Origin: Candidatus Aenigmatarchaeota archaeon
Lineage (GTDB): Archaea; Aenigmatarchaeota; Aenigmatarchaeia; CG10238-14; SCSR01
NCBI GenBank assembly: GCA_016177025.1
Contig: JACOWB010000008.1
Coordinates: 14,076-78,075 of the forward strand
DNA: 64,000 nt
Direction: 5' to 3'
Shown in pieces: positions 56,931 to 64,000 of the stretch. The first letter of the stretch is position 1, and each line of letters opens with the position of its first letter. The notes under the pieces were generated by a model, which was given only the letters and a program-made list of their open reading frames with translations, was not told the origin of the DNA and searched no databases. The position numbers were made by a program, and so were the translations under genes.

Positions 56931-57413
56931 ATGGATAAGATTACATCAAGTGGGTACAAAGCCGTCAACAACGAAGCGAATTTCGGCAAGCCGATTGAAA
57001 ATGAGATTGTAGGAGGCACTCATCTAGCTCCGGAAATAATAACATGGGACGGTGAAAAGTTTTATGCCGTTCATTGGTTCGATGGACTACCCAGACATGA
57101 CAAACTAAATGCTATAAGATTTCCACATGGTTTGATAATCTGGGGAGAGACTATATTTGATTGTGCGAAAAGGCTTGTGGAAGAACAGCTTCGTATGAAC
57201 GTAAAATCTGCTAAAGTACTGACAATAGAATCGTATGTCGATAAGGAAAATCATTGGCATATCGAACCGGAAATCCTGGCAAAAGTTTCGGGAAACCCCC
57301 GGAAACCTGTAAAGAATTCTGAGATTATCATATTTGAACTAGAGAACACTCCTGAAATGGCATATTGGAAAAGCAAGAAATTCAAAAAATTTATCAGTAA
57401 CCATTTACTGTAA
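56931..57413 (+). CDS. Nudix-fold protein with degenerate Nudix box
   Basis: FPHGLIIWGETIFDCAKRLVEEQL. Confidence 0.6.
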   Translation: MDKITSSGYKAVNNEANFGKPIENEIVGGTHLAPEIITWDGEKFYAVHWFDGLPRHDKLNAIRFPHGLIIWGETIFDCAKRLVEEQLRMNVKSAKVLTIESYVDKENHWHIEPEILAKVSGNPRKPVKNSEIIIFELENTPEMAYWKSKKFKKFISNHLL

Positions 57414-57449
57414 TGATATCCTTTAATTTTCTAAAGCATAACTAAACTT

Positions 57450-57764
57450 ATGAGAAGATCGCAAAAGCCGGAATGGCAGACAAAAATTGCAGAAGAAAGG
57501 ATAGAAATTCTATTCTCGCTTGCAGAGAAAGAATTTAGAAAACATCCTGAAAGAAGCAGGCGATATGTAGAATTAGCACGAAAGATAGGTTTACGTTATA
57601 ATGTCAGATTATCAAAAGATGAAAAGAAAAAATTCTGCAAAAAATGCAACACGCTATTAAAACCTGGAATAACCAGCCAAGTAAGACTGGACAAGTCAAC
57701 AAAAACAATCAGAATATTGTGCCTGAACTGTAAGAAGGTTTATAGATATCCGTATAAAATATAG
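57450..57764 (+). CDS. rnp4: RNase P protein Rpp21
   Basis: IAEERI..LF, RYVELARKI, CKKC..LL.PG, CLNC. Confidence 0.93.
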   Translation: MRRSQKPEWQTKIAEERIEILFSLAEKEFRKHPERSRRYVELARKIGLRYNVRLSKDEKKKFCKKCNTLLKPGITSQVRLDKSTKTIRILCLNCKKVYRYPYKI

Positions 57765-57766
57765 AT

Positions 57767-58879
57767 ATGCAACTAACTCAAGACTTGTTAAAAGTTTTAT
57801 TAAATTTTAGAAATTTCAACGAAGAGATTATCGAAATTCTACATAGAGCAATGCATAATGAATTAGAATTGGTTGGAAGAGCCGACTTGTTTCTACAATC
57901 AAATGCTTTTTTGAAAACTTTGATAATGTCAACTGCTATAAAATTAGGTATATTTGAGTATCTCTCTAATAAAAGTGCAACTTTGCAACAGATAGCTAAA
58001 GATTTGAAACTAAACAAAAAAGCTTTAGGAAGATTACTGTACGGATTGGAAGCACATACTTTCATCGAAAGAGAATATAAAAATAGAACACATTTTTATA
58101 GAAATTCTAAGCTTGTAGAAGCATTCTTGATTAAATCAAGTGAATATTATTTAGGTAATTATTTAGAATTAATTAATAAGACCTGGAATTATTGGTATCA
58201 GTTACCAGATGTGGTAAGATCGGGTAAACCAAATACTTCTATGGAACTTTTCCATGGTGAAAAGAATATAATATATCTATATTACGAAGTCGCAAACTCG
58301 ATAATGATACATTTAAGTAAACAACTTGTAGGCCAATTGAATTTATCAAATGTTAATCGTGTTATAACAGGAGAAGTAGGAATTACCTTTGTAAATGAGC
58401 TTCTGAATAAAAAGCCAGAAATAAGCTATGTAATAGCTGGTCTTGAAGATCATTTACCATTCATAGAAAAATTATTTGAGAGATTTACCTGCCAAAAAGG
58501 TCCAGAGGAGGTCATTACATCAAAAAAGGGAGAAGCATCCAAAGATAAATGGGGTAAGAAAGAAAAGTATGATTTAGTTTTCTTATATAGAAAATTAGCA
58601 TTCAAAAACTATGGATTAAATTACTTGAAAAAAGCTTATGAAGTACTCGATAAAGATGGATTTGTCATAGTTATAGAACCAACAACAGACTCTTTACAGC
58701 CTTCTATGTGGAACATTGCAGATATACAACTAATGGATTTAATGGTTGGTGGTGAGGAGGCGCCTCAAATATACTCCTCAGATAAAATACAGGAAATGCT
58801 AGAAGGTGTTGGGTTCAGAGATTGTAAGAAAGTTGAATGTATGGGTGGTATGGCAATTTTTGTTATTGGGTATAAATAA
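57767..58879 (+). CDS. O-methyltransferase-like protein (dimerisation wHTH + divergent Rossmann domain)
   Basis: TAIKLGIFEYL, YRNS, YDLVF, L.KAYEVL..DG..IVIE, L...GF; visibly AT-rich. Confidence 0.7.
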   Translation: MQLTQDLLKVLLNFRNFNEEIIEILHRAMHNELELVGRADLFLQSNAFLKTLIMSTAIKLGIFEYLSNKSATLQQIAKDLKLNKKALGRLLYGLEAHTFIEREYKNRTHFYRNSKLVEAFLIKSSEYYLGNYLELINKTWNYWYQLPDVVRSGKPNTSMELFHGEKNIIYLYYEVANSIMIHLSKQLVGQLNLSNVNRVITGEVGITFVNELLNKKPEISYVIAGLEDHLPFIEKLFERFTCQKGPEEVITSKKGEASKDKWGKKEKYDLVFLYRKLAFKNYGLNYLKKAYEVLDKDGFVIVIEPTTDSLQPSMWNIADIQLMDLMVGGEEAPQIYSSDKIQEMLEGVGFRDCKKVECMGGMAIFVIGYK

Positions 58880-58921
58880 AACGAAAAAGTATTAAAATCT
58901 TGTGATTCCAAAGGATATAGT

Positions 58922-59344
58922 ATGATTTCGCCAAGAGAAGTTGACGCACAGAAATTCAACAGCATGCTAAAGGAAGAGCTGAAGAAGGTCAAGGAAATCT
59001 CTCCTCCTGCATGGAGCCAGTTTGTCAAGTCGGGTGCGCATAGGGAGAGAATACCCCAGCAAGACGATTTCTGGCATGTCAGAAGTGCTACCATTTTAAG
59101 AAGGTTGTATGTCGACGGGGATGTCGGTGTTGGGAGATTGAGGAGCTATTTTGGTGGTAAGAAAAGACGTGGACACAAACCAGCCCATTTTAGGAAGTCT
59201 TCCGGAAGCATAGTAAGAAAAATTATGCAACAATTAGAAACCGCTGGGTTTGTCGAAAAGAATACGAATAAAATCGGAAGAAAATTATCACCTGCTGGAA
59301 GGAAGCTTCTGGATAAAGTAGCGCATGAAGTGAGCAAACAATGA
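58922..59344 (+). CDS. rps19e: 30S ribosomal protein eS19
   Basis: PAWSQFVKSG.HRER.P, R.ILRRLY, SGSIVRKIMQQLE. Confidence 0.95.
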   Translation: MISPREVDAQKFNSMLKEELKKVKEISPPAWSQFVKSGAHRERIPQQDDFWHVRSATILRRLYVDGDVGVGRLRSYFGGKKRRGHKPAHFRKSSGSIVRKIMQQLETAGFVEKNTNKIGRKLSPAGRKLLDKVAHEVSKQ

Positions 59345-59595
59345 ATGAAGAAGCCGAGCAGTTGCAACAAATGGAAATAATGAAGAAGGCTGTTTTGAAG
59401 AAAGTTCTAACAAAGGAAGCCACCGAAAGATTGGGAAGAATCAGGCTTGTAAAGCCTGAGATAGCGAACCAATTGGAATTATATCTCATGCAACTCTACC
59501 AATCTGGTAAAATAGGCGCAATGATTACAGACGAGCAATTAAAAACGATACTAGAACAGATAGCTACAAAACAGAAGTTCAGGATATTGAAGTGA
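59341..59595 (+). CDS. PDCD5-like DNA-binding protein
   Basis: [28 protein letters not shown]. Confidence 0.9.
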   Translation: MNEEAEQLQQMEIMKKAVLKKVLTKEATERLGRIRLVKPEIANQLELYLMQLYQSGKIGAMITDEQLKTILEQIATKQKFRILK

Positions 59596-59599
59596 TTTT

Positions 59600-59827
59600 A
59601 TGGCGACAAAGAAAGTTGGTTCTGCCGGGAGATTTGGTCCGAGATACGGGAAGAAAGCACGTGATTTAGTCAGGGATATAGAGAAAATAGAGAAACAAAG
59701 GCATGTGTGCCCTAGATGCAGTTTGCCTTATGCAAAAAGATTATCCAAAGGAATCTTTAAGTGTGAAAAATGTGGTAATAAGTTCACTGGACAAGCATAT
59801 TTTCCAAGGGGTAGTGTGAGTGTATAA
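59600..59827 (+). CDS. rpl37ae: 50S ribosomal protein eL43 (L37Ae)
   Basis: [27 protein letters not shown]. Confidence 0.95.
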   Translation: MATKKVGSAGRFGPRYGKKARDLVRDIEKIEKQRHVCPRCSLPYAKRLSKGIFKCEKCGNKFTGQAYFPRGSVSV

Positions 59828-59948
59828 GTGTATATCATGCAAGAAGACTGTAGCCAAACTTGAAGATAGGATAAGGTGTCCTTACTGTGGGCACAGGGTG
59901 TTTGTACTTGAAAGACCTGAAGTTGTGAAAAGAGTTCTGGCCAGATAA
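59820..59948 (+). CDS. rpoP: RNA polymerase subunit P (Rpo12)
   Basis: YKCISC...[10 protein letters not shown]...RP....V.AR, GTG start; not in the ORF track. Confidence 0.9.
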   Translation: MYKCISCKKTVAKLEDRIRCPYCGHRVFVLERPEVVKRVLAR

Positions 59949-59980
59949 CTAATTTAAACTTTGTTCTGGAACAATAGTTC

Positions 59981-60205
59981 ATGCACGAGGCAACTTTAAT
60001 TCTAAAATGCTCAAGACCAGAATTAGTTAAGCAAAGCCTGGAGCCAGACATCAAGAATGACGAAACAGTAGAAACCGTCCTGAATGTCAAAAACGACGTT
60101 CTCGAAATAGTTATAAAAAGCAAGAAGTTGAACTATTTGAAAGCCGTCATTAATTCTTACATCTCGACGGTGAACATGCTGGAAGAGGTTGATAAAATTG
60201 GATGA
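59981..60205 (+). CDS. pcc1: KEOPS complex subunit Pcc1
   Basis: SLEPD, LKAVINSY; conserved rpoP-pcc1-pfdB order. Confidence 0.8.
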   Translation: MHEATLILKCSRPELVKQSLEPDIKNDETVETVLNVKNDVLEIVIKSKKLNYLKAVINSYISTVNMLEEVDKIG

Positions 60206-60527
60206 CGAGCAGACAAGGGAAATGGTGGGGCAGTTCCAGACATACCAGCAGCAGCTACAGTCTGTATTGATACAGAAGGAAACCATGCAGCTGCAACTTA
60301 TGGAGATAAGCAAGGCGCTGGAAGAGCTTGATTCTACCAAGAATGAAAAAGCTTATAAAATCACCGGACAGATAATGGTAAGCAAGCCGGTTGAAGAACT
60401 GAAAAAGGACCTTGGGGAAACCAAAGAAGCAATTGAGGTAAGGATTAATTCCTTGGGAAAGACTGAAGAAAAGATAACGGCAAAACTAAAGGAAATGGAA
60501 GCAGAATTGAGAAAATTGGTGAAATAG
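60189..60527 (+). CDS. pfdB: Prefoldin beta subunit
   Basis: Coiled coils QQQLQ..., ALEEL, AYKITGQIMV. Confidence 0.9.
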   Translation: MIKLDDEQTREMVGQFQTYQQQLQSVLIQKETMQLQLMEISKALEELDSTKNEKAYKITGQIMVSKPVEELKKDLGETKEAIEVRINSLGKTEEKITAKLKEMEAELRKLVK

Positions 60528-60800
60528 GTGTTGGATATGGAATTAGCAGAATTTGAACCTGTGATGAGAATATTGGATGAGATTATCAACGATAGGACTG
60601 TGCCGAAGAACATCCGGGCTGCGGCTGAAGAATCCAAGACGAATCTGAATAACAATGGCGACACGTGGGAACTGAGGATAAGCACTGCCATACATATCCT
60701 TGACGAGATAACTAACGACCCTAATATGCCTCTTTATGCTAGGACGAAGATTTGGAGTGTTGTCTCTGCTCTAGAACAGAAAAGAAGAGAATTGAGTTGA
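60528..60800 (+). CDS. UPF0147 family protein
   Basis: D.TVPKNIR.AA, LDEI.NDPNMP..ART.IW..VS.LE. Confidence 0.9.
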   Translation: MLDMELAEFEPVMRILDEIINDRTVPKNIRAAAEESKTNLNNNGDTWELRISTAIHILDEITNDPNMPLYARTKIWSVVSALEQKRRELS

Positions 60801-60861
60801 ACCATATTTTTTTGACTAATCAGTTATTTAAATTTATAAACCGAATCTATATCAGATAACA

Positions 60862-61188
60862 ATGGCGCTTTTTGGCAAACCACCAGAACAGAATCCTGAA
60901 GATAGAATAGAACTCGATGAGAATGCTTTCAGAGAGGAAAGAAATTTTCAGGTGGCTGTCGAAAATCTGAAGGCTTATTCTGACGCCGAAAAGATACAGG
61001 AGATGGTAAGGGAAGGCAAGCTTGTCTTCCTGAGGATAAAGGAACTTAGAGAGGCTGACATCAACGAATTGAAGCGCGCGGTGGAAAGGCTGAAGAAGAC
61101 TATAAATGCGAGCGATGGGGACATCGTCGGTGTAGACGAGGATGTGCTGATTTGCTGCCCGCCCAATGCGAGAGTTTTCAGAGGTTAG
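60862..61188 (+). CDS. sepF: Cell division protein SepF
   Basis: VREGKLVFLRI, LKRAVERLK, GDIVG....LICCP. Confidence 0.85.
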   Translation: MALFGKPPEQNPEDRIELDENAFREERNFQVAVENLKAYSDAEKIQEMVREGKLVFLRIKELREADINELKRAVERLKKTINASDGDIVGVDEDVLICCPPNARVFRG

Positions 61189-62632
61189 TTAATTTCCTTA
61201 TTTCTTCAATTAATTTATCTGTTTTGACTTTGATCTGCTTGGTAGTATCGCGATTTCTTAAAGTTACTGTGTCCTTTCTTAAAGTGTCCTCGTCCACAGT
61301 GACCGCCAGAAATGTACCGATTTCATCTTGTCTGTAATATCTTTTGCCTATGCTTCCCGTATCGTCATAGACTGTATCGAAACATTGTTTTAGTTCACTA
61401 TAAATTTTCTGCGCTTTCTCTGGAAGTTTGTCCTTGTTCACCAGAGGAAATACTGCGACTGTAAATGGTGATAAACCCGCAGGCAATTTAAGGATTATCC
61501 TGTCTTTGTCTTCCGCGTAATTCAATTCCAAAAGAGCATAAAAGATTCTATCTACACCAAATGATAGTTCTAATATATGCGGGATAAATCTTTTACCATC
61601 ATAAAATATTTCTTGCGATTGGTTTGAAATCTTCTGATGACCAGATAAATCATGGTCTGTTCTGTAGTGCACACCGCCGCATTCCTTGAAACCTATTCCT
61701 TCCAGTTCAATCTCGACATCAAAATGAATTTTGTTGTAGAATGCCTTTTCCTCGTCTGAAAGCTGGCGGAATCTGAATTTTGATTTTGGTATTTTCAGTG
61801 TATCCAAGAAGAATTGCTGAACTTTTGCAAGATGATAGACATAAAATTTCGGTAGTTTGAATTTTTTGGCAATATTTTCGCAACTAACTTCCGTTATTTT
61901 TTTCCCAGATAGAACCATGAGCTTGTATTTGGATATGCCCTTCCAGTCCTCATGTTCGTCTGTTTTTTTAGGGTCGAAAAATATTTGCAGTTCAGCCTGT
62001 GTGAATTCCCTTTGTCGCAGAAGCAATTGACGCGGTGATATCTCATTTCTGAATGCCTTGCCGACTATAGCCAATCCTAGAGGTAATCTCATTCGAAGTA
62101 TGTTAAAATGTCTTAGAAAATTCACATAAGCTCCCTGTGCTGTTTCTGGCCGTAAATATCCGCGTGATTCTTTGCCTGCTCCCATGTCGACAGGAAACAT
62201 CATGTTTAAGACAGAAACCTCTCCAAATTCTCCCTTGCATCTCGGACATTTCACATTATGTTTTTTGATTAATGCAGTCAACTCTTGTGCAGTTTTACCT
62301 TCGAAGTTTTCATGCAAAAATTCTTCCATTATTTGGTCGGCACGGTGGAAAGTACCGCATTTCATGCATTTTGCAACAGGATCTACAAAGTTAGTTATGT
62401 GTCCAGATGCTTCAAAAACTCTCTCCGGCATTATGTTTGCTGTTTCTATCTCGAAAAAATTCTCATTTAATCTCAAGAAATATCTTCTCCACGTATTCTC
62501 TAATTTTCTTTTAAGCATAGTCCCGATTGCACCGTAGTCATACAGCCCGGCTACGCCACCGTATATCTCGCTGCTTACAAAAAAGAATCCTCTCCTTTTC
62601 GCAAGTTCTACAACCTTTTCAGAAACTGTCAT
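61178..62632 (-). CDS. glyS: Glycine-tRNA ligase (alpha2 type)
   Basis: RRGF, IYGG, LRPETAQG, GKAFRNEISPRQ, REFTQAE, SFGVDR, anticodon-binding domain. Confidence 0.95.
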   Translation of the reverse strand: MTVSEKVVELAKRRGFFFVSSEIYGGVAGLYDYGAIGTMLKRKLENTWRRYFLRLNENFFEIETANIMPERVFEASGHITNFVDPVAKCMKCGTFHRADQIMEEFLHENFEGKTAQELTALIKKHNVKCPRCKGEFGEVSVLNMMFPVDMGAGKESRGYLRPETAQGAYVNFLRHFNILRMRLPLGLAIVGKAFRNEISPRQLLLRQREFTQAELQIFFDPKKTDEHEDWKGISKYKLMVLSGKKITEVSCENIAKKFKLPKFYVYHLAKVQQFFLDTLKIPKSKFRFRQLSDEEKAFYNKIHFDVEIELEGIGFKECGGVHYRTDHDLSGHQKISNQSQEIFYDGKRFIPHILELSFGVDRIFYALLELNYAEDKDRIILKLPAGLSPFTVAVFPLVNKDKLPEKAQKIYSELKQCFDTVYDDTGSIGKRYYRQDEIGTFLAVTVDEDTLRKDTVTLRNRDTTKQIKVKTDKLIEEIRKLTNL

Positions 62633-62656
62633 GATAAATCATTTGTTTTTCTAAAT

Positions 62657-63679
62657 TTATTTAACCCATCCGCTTAGGCTAGATTGCTTTGTTTTGCCAT
62701 AGCTTTCCTGGAGTTTATCAATAATTTTTTCCATCCTTTCCTGCGAGAAATCATGTTCGTCGACCATGAACTTGAGCAGTTTTTCTTTATCTGTCTCGTT
62801 TGGTTTCAGATTATAGTTATCCGTATAGGGCGGGTTCAAGAAAAAATTGAAAACTCTTTCTATGTCAATTTCGCCGGGAAATTCAACCGAAGTCAGCAAT
62901 TTGTCCAAAGTTTTGTGCTCCTTCACAAGTTTCAATGCAGTCTTCGGTCCAACGCCTTTCACGCCTTCATTATAATCAGTTCCTATCAGCAATCCGATCA
63001 TTATCAGCTGTTCTCTTGTCAGATTTAACGTTTTCAGAATGTTGTTTAGCTCGATTAACTGTGGTTTGACTTCTATGTATACTTCCTTGCCCGGCATTTT
63101 TTTCCTTCCGCTTATAGACAGATTTCTTACAAGTCGTGGCGAACCGAATAACAAACTATCTGCATCCTGCGAGCCTGTGGCAAACACCTCACCTTTTTTG
63201 CATACATAAGAACATTGAGCCTCACCCTCGGATGGTGCTTGTATCCAAGGAATGCCCATTAATTCCAAGATATTCTTTGAACTCTCCAGAATATCTTCAT
63301 CCATTTGCGAAGCGGCCTGCGCATACCTGATCGCCTTTTCGCCCTTCCTGACAGCATCCTCCCATTTTTTCCTTGCCTCCTCCCGCACTTTCTGCCTCTC
63401 TTCGATGGTTTTTTTCTTGAATTCCGGGTATTGCCCGTCAAAGACGAAAACTGGAGATATGCCTGCCTCTATTAAATTTGCAGTTCTGTAAAGCAAGCCT
63501 GAAAGATGGCTAGTAACATTGCCTGAATGGTCTTTCAAAGGCTCTCCTGTCATCCTGTCTCTGATGATTGAAAGGAATTGAAAAATCGTGTTGAACGCAT
63601 CTATAGCAATCTTCTTTCCAGACAAGTCTCTTAATTCAATTTCCTTGGAGAGAATGATGCTAGAAATCTGCACGCCCAT
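62657..63679 (-). CDS. fen: Flap endonuclease 1
   Basis: MGV start, AIDAFN, VFDG, APSEGEAQ, SQDADSLLFG, GTDYN, PIP box QSSLSGW. Confidence 0.95.
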   Translation of the reverse strand: MGVQISSIILSKEIELRDLSGKKIAIDAFNTIFQFLSIIRDRMTGEPLKDHSGNVTSHLSGLLYRTANLIEAGISPVFVFDGQYPEFKKKTIEERQKVREEARKKWEDAVRKGEKAIRYAQAASQMDEDILESSKNILELMGIPWIQAPSEGEAQCSYVCKKGEVFATGSQDADSLLFGSPRLVRNLSISGRKKMPGKEVYIEVKPQLIELNNILKTLNLTREQLIMIGLLIGTDYNEGVKGVGPKTALKLVKEHKTLDKLLTSVEFPGEIDIERVFNFFLNPPYTDNYNLKPNETDKEKLLKFMVDEHDFSQERMEKIIDKLQESYGKTKQSSLSGWVK

Positions 63680-63692
63680 AAATAATGTATGT

Positions 63693-63956
63693 CTACTCTT
63701 TCTTTTCTTCTTTAGCAAGCTCTTTTTGTATTTTGAAATTATCCCATTCAAGCCATACTACTAAGAGTCCGATAAGAACAATAAATGGTGGTAGTCCTCC
63801 ATTGACCAGTGTAATCAGGTCTGCAAGTGCCGGCCTGCTTGTAACAAAGCCCGCATCCTTCACAGGCTGGATATAGCCAGAACCTTGAACGATCCACCAA
63901 ACACCTACAACAATTAAAACCGCACCAACTATGATCTTAACTAATGAACCTGACAT
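63693..63956 (-). CDS. Small membrane protein
   Basis: Two TM helices and a charged C-terminal tail. Confidence 0.6.
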   Translation of the reverse strand: MSGSLVKIIVGAVLIVVGVWWIVQGSGYIQPVKDAGFVTSRPALADLITLVNGGLPPFIVLIGLLVVWLEWDNFKIQKELAKEEKKE

Positions 63957-64000
63957 TTTATCTAAGATATTTAATGGGTGGAAAGAAATATAAACCTTAT

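Noticed and set aside
55382-57413. Integrated element at tRNA-Pro (HerA ATPase, pilin and Nudix flanks)
   Set aside because: No integrase and no duplicated tRNA 3' end were seen in the window.
58922-61188. Ribosomal/RNAP/KEOPS/prefoldin gene string as a novel system
   Set aside because: Condensed version of well-known archaeal superoperons.
163-63876. Numerous short antisense/overlapping ORFs in the six-frame track (e.g. 163-531, 20010-20531, 33177-33719)
   Set aside because: They lie opposite or within well-supported genes and have no recognisable motifs, so they are shadow ORFs.

Overview
This is an archaeal chromosomal window. It carries rps2, rps19e, rpl37ae, rpoP, aIF2-alpha, nop10, FEN1, Rpp21, Pcc1, prefoldin and two intron-containing tRNA-Pro genes. 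The compact genes, multiple class-III-signal pilins and fermentative gene content suggest a DPANN (Aenigmarchaeota-like) organism, which is an inference. There are four main blocks. (i) About 3.6-15.6 kb is a heavy-metal/thiol-redox island: DsbA, CxxC membrane proteins, ArsR, a broken merA, CopA, YHS/TRASH, CcdA, SufT and three paralogs of an uncharacterised His-cluster, beta-grasp-like surface domain. Its left edge is an internally deleted second copy, with promoter, of the CARF-like/wHTH regulator at 18.3-19.0 kb. (ii) About 19-44 kb is amino-acid/2-oxoacid fermentation: an arcE(arginine synthetase-like)-arcC-arcB-ATP-cone operon, class III aminotransferase, ALDH, GDH, ADP-forming acyl-CoA synthetase and 2-oxoacid dehydrogenase E1/E2. 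Orphan genes interrupt it (wHTH-GreA fusion, a solo Cas2-like gene with a perfect 18-bp palindrome, an HTH/Fis orphan). (iii) nrdR-nrdJ has bacterial-type NrdR boxes flanking an archaeal TATA box. (iv) A housekeeping block with modular pilins follows. I found no CRISPR array, integrase or transposase. All functional calls come from motif recognition by eye, with no database searches.
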